DNA from: Podarcis cretensis
Lineage: Eukaryota
Reading direction: 5' to 3'
DNA length: 64,000 nt
Assembly: GCA_951804945.1 (NCBI GenBank)
Contig: OX638157.1
Location: 55,180,001 to 55,244,000, forward strand
A model generated the notes under the pieces. That model saw only the letters and a program-made list of their open reading frames with translations. It made no database searches and was not told where the DNA came from. Numbering within the stretch: position 1 is the stretch's first letter; every line of letters starts with the position of its first letter. Below, piece by piece: positions 26,101-39,205 of this stretch. The position numbers and the translations under genes were made by a program.

Positions 26101-29100
26101 TATATGTATTTTTAAAACCTATTATGATACGGCATAAATGCATGCTTCACATGCAGAACTCGCTTCCTTCTTCAAAAAAGGGTGGCTGGACCTTTACAAA
26201 TTCTATTTTACTTAAAGTATGGTCAACATGGTAAAAAGTGGGCTAGTTCTTATGATGTACTGGCTCAACACAGAGAGAGGCACATGTAGTTTCTCCTTCC
26301 TGCGCACCTGCCATACTATCCATACCTGTGCGCTTGGGGGCAGATCATCTGATCAGTGACCACAAATCAGGGGGAATCACGTGAAAGAACGTCCTGATCT
26401 ATTGTACACAGAACACATGGATGCATCTGCCCACACCTGTGTCCTATCCTGACCTCAAGCAGAAGCCCACGGGCCGGAATGTAGTCCACAACGCAGTGTA
26501 GAATTACTGACCACTGGAAAACTTCAAGTGAGCAACTTACCTCCAACAAGCCTAAAGCTGGATGGAGGGTTTTTATCCTTCTTGGGAAATATTACTCTTT
26601 GCATGTTCTGCCCCTTCCTGGTCATGTAGATTGATCATGCATTTGATTGATAGGATTTATAAACTGCCCTTCCTCTCTAAGGAGCCCAAAGCAGCAAATA
26701 CATCCACATTAAAAAAAATAAAAAATTCCAAAAGCAGTTAAAACATTGTAAAATTACAAATAAATTTTCATACAGTGATGTCAGGGTCGCCAGGAAAAGT
26801 ATTCTGCAGCCACCAAATGCCTAGGTTAGCAAGAAGGTTTCAGATTCCTCCTGAAAGCTAATAATGATGCAGACAGTTACACCTCACTAAGGAGGGCATC
26901 CCACAAATGAGGAACCACCACTGAAAAGGCCCTGTCACAGGTCACCAACAACAACCAGGCAGCCCCAGGCATGGAGAATATACCATTCACATCAGGCTGC
27001 ACCCAGGTTGCCTTTAGACCTACTGAATTAGTCAATCTGGTCCAACAGCGCTCCTCTTATGTTCTTCTCCTGGTGTTCTACCAGTGCTGCAGAAGCTACA
27101 TATTCTCTCGACCTGTTCCTCCCATAGCCCTTTCCACTGCTGTGGGGCAGCATGGGAGTCTAACCCAGCAGGTGGGGTGGTGGAGAGGGGTGTAGCAAAA
27201 TGGAGGACACATCTCTACTTCTAGACAGTACTCTGAGGTGCGACAGGGCAAGTCATAAAATATGTTTTCGGAAACTGACACCGCAGTAGTAATACTTACA
27301 TTGACCAGTCCAAAGTAGTGTTCATTGATTGGAAATTGCTCTGGCCCAATGTCTTTTTCCAGAGCAGAGGCATTGGTGCCCTAGGGAAAAGGAAACAGCC
27401 AGTTATTTTAGTTCCAGGTTAAAATATGACACAAGTCTCGAGAAATATCCTGAAAGGTTAGGTTACTTCCTGCTGCCCTCCCCCAAAGCTGTGCCAAATG
27501 GATTGTCTGAAGTGTTTTAGACATTTCCGAATACTTACGGCCCAAGCGCTGCTCAGCCAATGACATGAGGCTGCCATGAACTCTGTGAAAACCCAACATC
27601 CCATTGAAAATGCTTGTTAAGAGAAAAGGGCTGTTATCCAGCATGCCAAGAAGAATAAGCAAGCCCCATTGATTTTAAATTGGAAACAGAGCACAGGATC
27701 CATTCTTTCCAACACATGACATGGGAATGGATTGCCAAAGAAATCTCTCACTCCACATCCATTAACCTGTCATCATCTGGTTCCCAGACAGAGCAATATA
27801 CAAAAATAAACAGGCCTTCCCCAGGGCTTTTTCGATGTTATTTGATTTTATCCATTTCTGCAATGTAATCTAACATTTCCTTATCAGCCCTTCTATTTGC
27901 CTGATTTGTAGGGGTTGGGAGAGAGGAACCAGAGCAATGTTTTCTCTCTCGCTTGGATGAATGCAAGCGACTCTGATTTTTCCCCAGCAAAATAAATGCT
28001 TTCAGAGAGCTGGAACGGCTGAATGAAAATCAGAAGAGATAATTGCGGAGAGCTTGTAGGCTTGAAATGTAAATCAACTTGCTTGCAGTTGGCAGCCAGT
28101 AATAAAAGTCATAAGCATTTGGGTTTGGTTCTTTTTTAAAGTTTCATGTGCCGGAACACTTTCCCTATTTTTGAACCTTAGGCTGCAGATGTTTTTGCAT
28201 ATCCCGTCCCAGCCGTTCCCACTGAAAACAAAGGGCTGTATTGAATTTCGTCAGGCACACAGAACATCTCAGTTCCCCAAGACACCTGAGCCTTTCTTGA
28301 AGAGGGCAAAGGAAAGGCAGACAATGCATTGTGGGTGACTCCAGTTGCCCAGGAGCTGAGCTACTATGAATCTGTATTTCAAATTGTATCACAGGGAGGA
28401 TCAGGTGAAAGGGTTTTTTTTATCCAACCCATCCATCATGCTGCCATCAGCCCTGAAAAAGGAAAAGCATTCCCAGAGTCCAAGTGACCTAACTTTCTAT
28501 TGCTGCAAAGTGTACCAGGATTACTGATTTTGAAAGTGTTGATCTATGACACAAAACTACGGGAGGGAAGAGATTAAATCGCCTTCCCTAAACACACCAT
28601 GGTCAGGCAACCTGGCAGCTTAAAGAATAAAGGACATGCATATAGAATGATTATACCCATTTAGGATTACGTGTAGTTTGATCTCTATACATAGGGATGG
28701 TCCTGAAGACTTCAGAAGGAGAAATCGTAGCTCAGGTGCAGAGCAACAAAACTTCATACAAAATTGTATTTGTCATTTTGCCAGCTGTACTGGCTTCCTG
28801 TTATTTCTTGCACCAAATTTATGGTGTTGTTGGTACCCTATAAAGTTCTTTGTGATCTAGATTCCTGTGTCCTTTACCAAGTGTCTATCAGCACTGGAAA
28901 TGTTTCTTTTTATGCAAGAGGGCATGAAAGTATAGGATGCTCCATGCACAGGCCTCGTGGCTGCTATGTGTATGACTGGTTTCACTAGCTTGTAAACCAT
29001 CTGACAGATTTATGTCTTAAAATAAACCATTTCACAGAGGCCCTCTTCTCTCACTGATGTCATTTGCTAACTTGCTAAATACAAAGATGTAGGTCAGGTC

Positions 29101-29986
29101 CTTTTCTCCCACTTTTGTGATCTCTCTTACAATTGTGAGTGGCTGCTTTTCTTCCCCTGCAGCTACTTGTCATTCTATTCCCTTGTTGAGGTTTACATTG
29201 TCAGTTTCTATTTATGAAGTTTTCATATTCTTTTTCTCTCTGTCGCTCTGTCTCTCTCTCTCTCTAACACACACACAGTTTGTGTACACATGCCTACACT
29301 CATTCTCCAGCAGTTTATTCATTAGTCATGTGTTTTCAAAATTTATTTCTTTGGCTGACTGACATCCAATGGGCTTTTAAAATGGGTTGGGGAAGGGGGT
29401 TATTGGGTTTTTGTTTTTATTATGTTTTTATTATGTACTTTTATTATGTACTTTACAGTGGCACCTCAGGTTACATACGCTTCAGGTTACAGACTCTGCT
29501 AACCCAGAAATAGTGCTTCAGGTTAAGAACTTTGCTTTAGGATGAGAACAGAAATTGTGCAGCAGCGGTGCGGTGGCAACAGGAGGCCCCATTAGCTAAA
29601 GTGGTGCTTCAGGTTAAGAACAGTTTCAGGTTAAGAACGGACCTCTGGAACGAATTAAGTACTTGAGACCTGCAGGGCAGGGCAGTATACAAATTTAATA
29701 AATAATAATAATAATAATTGCAGTGTAGATGTATAGTGCAAGGAATCGATTTATTTTTTCCTCCTCTACTGCTTCTGAACAGGCTTGCTATTTCCAGACC
29801 TATAGACTGCACCTATAACTCTGTCCTTGGTGCTCAAGTATGTACTGTAGTCCACCCATTTAGTTTCTTTTTCTACAAAAACTAGCATCCTGCTTGCTGC
29901 CAAACATGGGATGTTTGAGCAGCTGCTAGGATCTGCCACTGTCAACCCTGTAACTGCAAAATTCTAAAAGTTTCAAAGATGGGGTC

Positions 29987-30025
<39 letters not shown>

Positions 30026-33000
30026 CCCAGAAGTATACAACACAGAATCACAATCATTGGAGGGATTTATTCAAGTCACAGATTCTCATTGCAGGGATTG
30101 ACAAGCATTGGAAACAAATTGGCATCTCAAGTTGCTATAATCTGTGCGACAGCATCAGGAGCTATTATGACATGTTGAAATTTGGCACCAAACTCAAAAC
30201 AGATAATTTTAGCTATTGTTCAGAATTCCAGGGAGGAATGAAGTGTGGGAAGAAAAGCCAGATTACTGCAGGTGGAGAAGATTATATATGGCAGCAATCA
30301 CTCTCTTTCCTTTCCTTTTCTCTCTCCCTCTCTCTCTTTCTCTCCCTCTGCAGCTGAACTGCAGCAACCGCTTAACTTAAAGAGTCTGAAGCTGCTGAAC
30401 TGGAAGATTATGAGTGATGCAGAGAAATGTGCTGCAGAGGATTTGGGGGGAAAGTGACAACACATCACAAGAACATCAGAAAAGCCCTGCGGGATCATAG
30501 AATTGCAGAGTTGGACGGGACCCCGAGGGTAATCTAGTCCAACCCCAAAAAGCACATCTAGTCCAGAATCCCACAGTGGCCAAAAGGGCAATAGCTCTCT
30601 CCCACTGTTGCTCCCAGTTGTTCCCATCAGCTGGTATCCAGTGGCATGCAGCCTCCAAACTCAAAGGTTCCATATAACTATCATGCAGGGCCAACCCTAC
30701 CATTAGGCAGAATAAGGTGGCTGCCTCAGGTGGCAGATTCTGGAAGGCAGAGGACAGTGATAGGATTTTGGAAGGTAGAGCAGGCCTGCCCTTTGTCCCC
30801 TAAGCTCACCTACCGTCCTCAGGTGCAGTGGAAGACATTGGCGCATTGCTTTTATCAAACTTAGACTGCATGCACACCATACATTTAAAATGCTCCCTAC
30901 CCACAAAGAAACTTCCTAGGAACTGTAGTTTAAGGGTACTAGGAATTACAGATCCCTGAGGGGTGAACTACAGTTTCCAGGATAAATGGATGGTGTCTAC
31001 ACATTGTCTCTCAAGACAGATGGATGCCAACAGCACACCCTAAAATTCAATTGTCAGACTGATCAGTTTCTGCACATAGAATGAGCAGGGACAGAACCAT
31101 GTCCTCCATCATGACTAGAAACCGTGGAAAGAGATTCCACAATTGCCACCTAACTGCTTATTGGTTTTCCTTCTGGAAAGTTTGCAGACAAAGCTTATGT
31201 GAGTTTGGACTAATCTACACTGGTCAATTAAAACATTAAAATGTGTTATAAAAGAGGGTGCGGTAGAGAAATTGCATTGAGAGCTATATTATGGGGGGGG
31301 TAGCGTTGTTGTTTTTCAAATCAGTGTATATCCAGCCTTTGAGAATGTGAACAAACACATCACGCACAGAAAATCTATTGCTCCAGCTGCTGCCCCACAT
31401 ATCACTGATATTGTTTTGGAAAGTCAGGGCTAGCCCCATCTATCTGGCGAAACCAGAATACTTGTCACAAGAAGCAATTCCTTAGTGGCTGGAGTCCCAC
31501 AACCAGCAACAATGAGACAAGCAAAACCAGGGCACTGGAAAGGGGAGCAGCTAGCAACACAGCAAGATATAAAAAGAGGAACAGCACCAATGAAAGAGTG
31601 AAACTCATCAAGGATCACCGAAGGACCACAGATAAAAAGAGGGAGCAGAACTCCCGTCAGGCTGTGAGATGGAAGTGACACTGTTGAAATCCTCCTTCAA
31701 CATAACAAACCTCTCTGCCAAAACCAGTCGCTGTTCTTCTAGCATTCTCAAGGAGCCCATATAAATGGAACTACACCAAACGTACAAAAGTAAAATTGAA
31801 CTTTGCCACACCCTCAATGTGGCCAATTTCCATAGCATGCTGGTCAGAGCGCTAGCATGCTAACTCTTCCTCAAGCTGGAAACATTTTCATGGAGTTATC
31901 ACTTGACCTAGCCACAGGATTCAAAGATATCAAATGTACCGTATTTTTTGCTCTATAAGACTCACTTTTTCCCTCCTAAAAAGTAAGGGGAAATGTGTGC
32001 GTCTTATGGAGCGAATGCAGGCTGCGCAGCTATCCCAGAAGCCAGAACAGCAAGAGGGATCGGTGCTTTCACTGCGCAGCGATCCCTCTTGCTGTTCTGG
32101 CTTCTGAGATTCAGAATATATTTTTTCCTTGGTTTCCTACTCCAAAAACTAGGTGCGTCTTATGGTCTGGTGTGGCTTATAGAGCGAAAAATACGGTAAA
32201 TACAACTAAGTTTGATGACTTGAGTATTTCTAAAGCTGGCACCAAACACCAGGTCTGGCTGCTGTATTTGGGAGAGGCCTATCTTCGTCCTTTTTCTTTT
32301 CCCAACTATTTCAAAATCTGGACTCCCAAAGGAACCTAGAATGAATTTAAATGGCTCAGGCCTTCCCTGACTCCTTTACCCATCTGGTGACATCTTGGTG
32401 CATGCAATGAGACCAGAGGCCTCCCCATATATTATGCACATCTTAGCCTGGCTCTCCCTACTTTGCTGCTGCATCACATCCCAAAACTCCTGTTGTGCAT
32501 CCTTCCTCTTTCCAGTTAGTGCAACACTGTGAGTCCTATGTGCTGTTGGGTTTCCTAGTTGGTGGATAAATTGACATGTCCCTGGGTCACAGGAGGAACA
32601 ATTTTTTCTCTCTTTCTTTTTTTAGCCTTTCAGCTTTGTATTTTAAAAAATCCCCAAAGCCCTCACGACCTTGCCATCTAATTTTGTAATGATCCATCTA
32701 GTTCTGAGCCCAGGCACAAAATGCTGTTGCTTTGACTCAGGTTGCAAGTCTAGGCTTTAAAGTTGCATTTCTGAGCCGTGTGTGTGTGTGTGTTGGCACT
32801 TTCTCTGGGAAAACCCATATTTTACTGCTGAATCAGAGCAAACAACAACCAGGTTTTCTGTGAATTGCCATTTGCTGTGATTCAGCAGTAAAAGACAGGT
32901 TTTCCCAGAGACAACAAAACTGCTCAGACACGAAGCTCTCACAGACCTGTGCCTGGAAAGCATGGTGCGAAAGAAACTCTGGATGAGCCCCAATATCCTT

Positions 33001-36000
33001 GACATGAAGGATCCTTTCTTTTTGGTGGTGGCAGACCTCCTTTCTACTTAATATGCTGGAAAATAGATTTATTTATTTACTTGTCGGAATTACAAGCTTC
33101 ATCCTTATATCCCCACAAGAGTCCGAATAAATTCTGCCATTTCAGGAGTGGTCTAAATGCTCTCCATCATGAGGATTCGCTCTTGTAAAAATGATCATCT
33201 TCAGGCAACCAATGGTAACTAAACAAGGAACCTTCTGGTTGCTCTGACAAACCAAATTCGATATGTCTAATTCCCCAGCGTTAATTCTCAATTTACAGTA
33301 TTCATTTCAGGTGCACATGATAACATAATGTTTCCAAGTGAAACAAAACAAAAATCAATAGGAGAGTCCAGGATTTTTTCCTCCCAGTCAAAACATGGTT
33401 TCTTAAATAGTGTCGCTTATTCCAGGAATTCTCAAGCTTTTAAGCTGGGTATGCCTGGGGACCTCAGCACAGTTCTCTGTACGGCTGTTTCTGGCAATGA
33501 AGGCAACTGAGAAAACTCATTTCAACAAAATATTGGCAAGAAAGAGGAGTGAATAGTGCTCATGACTCTCAAACAGCCTTGCAAGTGACCCCAGGAAGGT
33601 CAAGACCCCACAGGCTGAGAGGTGCATTATGTTATAGGAAGGCTCCATTGTCCACCACTGATGAACGGCGCATACGACATCATCAGCAAGGGACATGCAG
33701 GCTCACCGCAAGGAGGGAAGATAGTGACTGAATCTAGCTGCTCTTGCAAGAACCTGAAAATAAGGAGGGATATACCGTAAACTAAAACAGAAATATGTTC
33801 TGAGGAATGGCTTCAGATATTGTACTTGGATACTTCCTTTTATTCTTAATATTTTTATTTATTAAATTTCCATACCGCCCTTCCTCCAACAATCACAGGG
33901 TGGTTTGCAATATACAAACACAAAAATACGAAACATAGGAACAAAAACAGTACACTCCAGTTTCAAATGCCACAGTCAAAGCCAATTTCCCTACCTCTCC
34001 TTAAATACAAATTAATGAAGCAAACATTTTGACTAAACATTTTGCTGCCCTAAACAGGCAATCAAAAGTCCCAGCAGTCAGATTTGGCTCCCGGCATTAT
34101 TTTTGTTTTTTATATAATTTTATTTTAATTTTTATCCCAGGGATGGAGAAAACACAGATCCTTGGGACTTTCTCCAGGCCACAAATCCTCTTGAATCAAG
34201 CCCTGCACCAGTCTTCCTTCAGTGCTTCTGCCTGTCTGGAATATGTCCCTGAACTCTGAGAAATCCTATTGCTTGTCTGGATGGAGGGCAGTGAGGGATG
34301 TGGCATACTGTACAAATATAAAAGCCATCGCTCTGCCCCATTTAGTCTCTGTTCCAACTCATCAAAGCCCATTGTTCTGTTGCGACACACGCAGAGCAGT
34401 AGCAAAGCCTTCTCTCATGTCTGGGATGTTGTTGTTGTTGTTTTGCTTTGTTTGTGGCAGGGGGGCAGTAGAGCCATGGAGCTTTTTGTAATTGAGGCTG
34501 AAAGTGAGGATGGGGGGACAAGAGCTTCCATGGGACCCAAACAGGCAGGCCTGATTTTTGTTTGCCCCCAACAAAGAAATCCCAAGAATGTTTTTGCACT
34601 GTGAGGAATTTCTCTGTGCCCCCCTACTGTTTCAAGGCAGCTTCCTACCGCTTCAAAGGAAGAAAGGAGTCTCTGTTATTGCTCTTCCAACTACAGAATC
34701 ATCAAACGGCACATGAAGGGAAGCAAAAAAAAAAAAAACCACCCATGTTATGCTGACTGCCTTTTCACAAACACAGAAAAGAATGGTTAAATGGGGGAAA
34801 TCATTCAAACATGTAATTCTCCAGACGCATTTTACAGCTCTAGGAAGGCTGCACTGTGGACATTTGCTGAACATGCAGATGGGCTCATGGGCGTAGCCAT
34901 GGGGGGCACAGGGGGCAGCTGCCCCCTCCAATTCAAGTAAAACAATAGAAATACTTAACTCACTGGCAAATCATGTGGGATCTGCCTGCCCCACAAAAAA
35001 GTCCTGGCTACGCTCAGGGATAGGCTGTGAAACATACCCAAAACCCATTTCAGGACTAGGTACTGGATAAAAAGCTTGCATATCCCCAAGCAGTTTCTCA
35101 CACACTTCAGTAGACAGAGCCCCTGCTCAGAATTGTAGAGTTGGAAGGGGCCACGTGGATTCAACCCACATTGCTATGTGAAAAGGTAAAGGGACCCCTG
35201 ACCGTTAAGTCCAGTTGCGGACGACTCTGGGGTTGCGGCGCTCATCTCTCTCTATAGGCCAAGGCGGCGTTTGTCCGCAGACAGCTTCTGGATCATGCGG
35301 CCAGCATGACTAAGCCGCTTTTGGCAAACCAGAGCAGCGCACGGAAACGCCATTTACCTTCCAGCTGGAGCGGTACCTATTTATCTACTTGCACTTTGAT
35401 GTGCTTTTGAACTGTTAGGTTGGCAGGAGCTGGGACTGAGCAACGGGAGCTCACCCCGTTGTGGGGATTCTAACCGCTAACCTTCTGATCGGCAAGCCCT
35501 AGGCTCTGTGGTTTAGATCACAGCACCAATTACTGTTGTTGCAAAGATCACTTTGCTTACCTACAGCTTTACACAGAATTGTCACAAACTGCATTTTTTT
35601 TTTTATTTATTTTTTTTGGCCATTTGGACACATAAGTTTACAAATTTTCTCTATATATATTTATACATGTATGGAATTACCCTTTTAAGGGCGAGCTTGT
35701 TGATGTTTATTGCTATTTTAATTTTATTGTATTTTCATATGCTGTAATCCACCCTGGAACCTTCAGATGAAAGGAGGGTAATATAATAAAATGTCAACAA
35801 TAACACACACACACAACACCAGTCAACTGAGGATAACACTTCATGTATCTGGTAATGCAGACTCTAGCTAGTACATGAACTGTAATGCTCTAATAAATAT
35901 GTTACAATGAAATCCTATACATGTCTACTCGAAGGGAAAGGGTTATTGAGTACAGTGGGACTTATCCCAAGCAAGCTTACGGTATATAGGATTTCAGCTT

Positions 36001-36206
36001 TAGGAATTAACTTTGGAGTACTTTTAGTCTTGGAGGTGCTGCAAGCCTCTGTTGTTGAAAGGTAGATTTTGGCCACTAAGGAGAAGGGCAGAACGTTTAT
36101 TATCGTCGTTCTATTTCCCAAATCACATTTTTTTGGTATATGTTTATGCAACCGTGAGTCACTTAACTGTCAAAATAAGAAAGTAAATTGGTCCTTCTAG
36201 GCAAGT

Positions 36207-36242
<36 letters not shown>

Positions 36243-39201
36243 GTGCGAGTCTCAGAACCTGTCCTACTACTGCATCTTGAGTATCTTCCAAATTAAAGGC
36301 AAGGAAACCAGACAAGCTTACTGCTTAACAGCACACACAAGTTCTGTCACAAAAGGAAGAAACCAAAGCAGAAATGAAATACAGGCTGCTCCAAGGCCCA
36401 CATTTTCAGAACCCCTTTTGACTTCAGTGAGCAAGCAATGAAGGAATCAGCTTGAGGACTTCCTGTTATAAGCATGTGTTCTGACCACAAGGCTGGTCCA
36501 TCATATTTTGTGATGTGCTCTCATATGATATTATTATTATATATACCAAAGATCCCATGGCAGTTCACAGCAAAAAAATACAGAATAAAACCATAAAGTA
36601 CATAATAAGTACAAGAACAAAACCAACCCATAACAACCCCAACATATTTTAAAGGCCATAGACTGTTCATCAGCCAAAGGCGTGGTTGAAGAGGAACATT
36701 TTTGCCTGGTGCCTAAAGATGTATAATAAAGGTGCCAAATGAACGTCCCAGGGGAGAGCATTCCACAAATGAGGAGGTGGTCCTTGAGCAGTTCAAGGCT
36801 GTATCAGTCAAAACCAACACTGTGAATTGGGCCTGGAAACTAACTGACAGCCAGTGTAGTCGGGCCAGGATTGGTGTAATATTCACACACCATCTTGCTT
36901 CGGTGAGCAACCTGGCTGCCGAATTCTGCACCAGGTGAAGTTTCCGAACCATCTTCAGAGGCAGCCCCACATCTAACACATTGCAGTAATCTAACCTAGA
37001 GGTTATCAGAGCATAGACGACTGAGGTTAGGCTATCCCTGTCCAGACAGGGGCACAGCTGGGCCACCAGCCAAAGTTGATGGAAGGCACTCCACGCCACT
37101 GAGGCCGCCTGAGCCTCAAGCAACAGCAAAGGATCCAGGAGGACCCCCAAACTATGCACCCACTCCTTCAGAGAGTGTAACCCCATCAATAGCAGGCAAC
37201 CTCCCATTCATGCAGTCATGGGAATCGCCCACTAACAGTGCCTCAGTTGGCTCTCATCCAGTCCATTACCGAGGCAAGGCAATGTTCCAACACATCCATG
37301 CCATAGCTGTAGATGTAAAGGAGAAGTAGATCTGTGTGTCATCAGCAGATTGCTGACCATGTGCTCCAAAACTCCAGATAACCCCACTCAGAGGTCTCAT
37401 GTTGATAGCGGATAAATTGAGCAGAGCTTTTTTTTGGCCCAGAACTCACTAGAATTCAGTTCCGGCATCTCTCAGTTGAGTGTCATTGCCATTATAAGAG
37501 AACAAGGGAAGTATTCATGGTGAGTTCTGGCACCTCTTTTTGTAGCAAAACAGCACTGGCCCGGAGGAACCACACAATGAGGGTTCCACAGGGCCGAAGA
37601 ACGTTCCCCAAGCATCAACCTCTGGAAACAGCCATCCAAGTGGGACTGGAACCACTGCAAAGGGGTGCCACCCACTCAAACTCCAGAAGGAAAGCATGGG
37701 CAATGGTACTGAAAGCCAGTAAGAGGTCAAGGAGAATTAACAAGGACACATTTCTCCTGTCTCTCTCTCCTGACAAGAGCTCATCATACAGGGCGACCAA
37801 AGCAGTTTCAGTGCCAAAACCGGGCCTAAGTCCCAACAGAAATGAATCTAGAAAATCGGTTTCCTCCAAGAGTGCCTGGATCTCATCTGTGACCACCTGC
37901 TCAAGAACCTTGCCCAAGAAGGGGGGATTAGCAACTGACGGTAGGTAGTTACTTATATTTTCTGAGAGCAGGGAGGGTTTCTTAAGGAGTGGTTTTTACC
38001 ACTAACTCTTTCCCTAGCTATTGATGCCCTCCAGTCTAAGCATGTACACACTGGTACAGCAAGTAAGATCTAGGTAGTTGTTTTTCACACAATCTGTTAC
38101 CTACAGACACACAAGGAGATGACTCACTGGACCTAGTGACTTTTCACCCTTTGCAGGGAGGGGACTTGCCCACACCCTGCAAAATATTGCAATTCATTAA
38201 AGAGCTACTACTATACAAGTTTTCCAGCAACTAGTTTGCATTGTCTCTCCTCCACCCTTCAGATAAATAACACTTTTTTATCACCTAGCTTCCAATTTAC
38301 AAAGGAGAAATATGTTTGGAAAATGTTGACACATTCGGTCAATAAGTTGAATGCAAAAACCTCCTGGTTAACTAAATTTCTAAGCGAAGAAGAGCAAAAC
38401 TGATCAAAGCTCTGCATCTAACTCCTGATTTATTCATTTCACTCAAAAGAGAGGCAGGTTGAAGGCCACATCTCTTAGCTCGGCTTATGCACAGAAGCTT
38501 AAACAACTCTTATTTGGACCAGTTCCTTTTGGAGCACATGCTTCCTTGAGAGACCAGCACTGCCCAGACGGAAATCACATGTTCATGTTTGAACCTGCCC
38601 AACATGTTTGCACGCTGAAAAAAACAATTCCTCCCTTGTTTCCAAAACCCAGTTATTCAGATCCCTGGCTCATCCGCACCTAGCACTGTACACCCGGTAT
38701 TCTCCTGTGCAAAAAAAAAGCAACACTGTGCAAACTTTCAAGGACGCCACCTCCAGCACCCCGCCCACCGGATCAACAGAGAGATCGCCTGCATTTCCAG
38801 ACTTCCGCAGCTCCTCCTTCCAAAATGGCCCCGATCCTGGGAAGGGATTACTCGGGAGCAAGTCCTACTGGGCTGCAGTGGGCCTTTTACTTCCAAGTTC
38901 AGTGTGGCCCAGGATTGCAAGCCTGAAACTCTGGCAACCAATTCGGGGCGGTGGGGGGGGTGAAGCCTTGCCCTCTCTGCACGCCCCTTTCTGTGGATTC
39001 CGATCTCCCCATAACTGGGTGGGTTGTAGGGGGTGGGGAGGCGGAAGAGTGTGAGTGTGTGTGTGTGTGTGTGTGTTTAGTGGGTGCGGGGGAGGATTGT
39101 GCGGCTCTCTCCCCCGCCCCGTGCGCCCCTCCCGCCCCCAGCCAGGCCGAGCAAGTAATACTCACCATATTACAAATGGAGGCGATGTTTCTGACAGTCA
39201 T
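11098..39201 (-). CDS. USP46: Ubiquitin carboxyl-terminal hydrolase 46, complete spliced CDS: join(39166-39201, 27300-27380, 24650-24863, 22465-22694, 17874-17950, 14719-14802, 14140-14337, 12575-12653, 11098-11199)
   Basis: Nine exons of 36+81+214+230+77+84+198+79+102 = 1101 nt give 366 aa in frame. N-terminus [12 protein letters not shown] and C-terminus YQSRE* distinguish USP46 from USP12. Cys box FGNTCYCNS (C44) and His box GHY...FDDD are intact. Confidence 0.98.
12575..12653 (-). CDS. USP46: USP46 exon 8 ([26 protein letters not shown]), catalytic His/Asp
   Basis: Acceptor cttttag|T; donor GAG|gtcagt; 79 nt. Confidence 0.97.
13067..13202. mobile_element. hAT MITE (TIR CAGTGCTTTTTT)
   Basis: 8-bp TSD actaaagg on both sides. 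Confidence 0.85.
13697..13950 (-). mobile_element. tRNA-derived CORE-type SINE (Squam3-like) with (CTT)n tail
   Basis: Head cagtgtggtgtagcggttaagag...ggttcgattcccc, core gtgaccttgggccagtcac, (GAA)n on +. Confidence 0.8.
14140..14337 (-). CDS. USP46: USP46 exon 7 ([19 protein letters not shown]...VVVHCGS)
   Basis: Acceptor catag|G; donor AG|gtgagc; 198 nt; matches ORF 14136..14336. Confidence 0.97.
14719..14802 (-). CDS. USP46: USP46 exon 6 ([28 protein letters not shown])
   Basis: Acceptor tttttcag|AGAC; donor AG|gtaagc; 84 nt. Confidence 0.97.
15888..16119. mobile_element. Tigger/pogo-type MITE
   Basis: TIRs and TA TSD. Confidence 0.85.
17874..17950 (-). CDS. USP46: USP46 exon 5 ([26 protein letters not shown])
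   Basis: Acceptor ttgcag|GTT; donor AG|gtaaat; 77 nt. Confidence 0.97.
18132..18357. mobile_element. Penelope-like remnant: perfect palindrome with 96-bp arms (18132-18227 / 18229-18324), hammerhead motif in each arm
   Basis: 1-nt spacer at 18228; TSD acaccaaaacaa at 18123 and 18358; same family as the 9124-9709 element. Confidence 0.85.
19618..20244. mobile_element. Tc1/mariner-superfamily (Tc2-like) non-autonomous element, TIR CCGTATTTTT, with internal GC-rich repeats
   Basis: ta|ccgtatttttcgcccc...gggcaaaaaatacgg|ta. Confidence 0.8.
21588..21725. mobile_element. Palindromic hAT MITE, same group, older
   Basis: Near-palindrome flanked by ttagac on both sides. Confidence 0.7.
22050..22222 (+). 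mobile_element. Degenerate tRNA-derived SINE (Squam2-like)
   Basis: tgcatgcagaagtcccaggttcaaatcc head and ctgactcagtataa...gcagcttcc tail. Confidence 0.55.
22465..22694 (-). CDS. USP46: USP46 exon 4 ([17 protein letters not shown]...RCLNCET)
   Basis: Acceptor ttttacag|AT; donor ACT|gtaagc; 230 nt; matches ORF 22384..22722. Confidence 0.97.
23762..24125 (+). mobile_element. Sauria SINE (cccgtacgggcaggggtacc tail subtype)
   Basis: Full head with B box GGTTCGAATCC; (ACCTTT)n tail. Confidence 0.9.
24650..24863 (-). CDS. USP46: USP46 exon 3 ([15 protein letters not shown]...ISRLRKEN), catalytic Cys; GC donor
   Basis: Acceptor ttttgtag|TTT; donor AATG|gcaagt; 214 nt, phase fits exon 4. Confidence 0.96.
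25290..25530 (-). mobile_element. L2 3'-end fragment
   Basis: gggagggcgttc..ggcgccactacc..aaggccct motif, similar to the ends of the other L2 copies. Confidence 0.6.
27300..27380 (-). CDS. USP46: USP46 exon 2 ([27 protein letters not shown])
   Basis: Acceptor ttccctag|GGC; donor AAT|gtaagt; 81 nt. Confidence 0.97.
29456..29664. mobile_element. Tigger/pogo-type MITE, one end truncated
   Basis: Same family internal sequence. Confidence 0.8.
29988..30024. repeat. (AAT)n microsatellite
   Basis: Read directly from sequence. Confidence 0.95.
31939..32196. mobile_element. Related Tc2-like MITE, opposite orientation
   Basis: ta|ccgtattttttgctctataag...cttatagagcgaaaaatacgg|ta. Confidence 0.8.
35181..35527 (-). 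mobile_element. Sauria SINE
   Basis: Same structure, minus strand. Confidence 0.9.
36208..36240. repeat. (GT)n microsatellite
   Basis: Read directly from sequence. Confidence 0.95.
36530..37990 (-). mobile_element. L2-clade LINE, 3' RT fragment, degraded and interrupted at ~37422-37558 by a MITE-like insert
   Basis: ORFs with [25 protein letters not shown] and [15 protein letters not shown]. Confidence 0.85.
39166..39201 (-). CDS. USP46: USP46 coding exon 1 ([12 protein letters not shown])
   Basis: ATG at 39201-39199; donor ATG|GTGAGT. Confidence 0.96.
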
Positions 39202-39205
39202 GAGT

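Noticed and set aside
11098-39201. Assignment as USP12
   Set aside because: The termini ([16 protein letters not shown]), the 366-aa length and the neighbouring SNORA26 indicate USP46.
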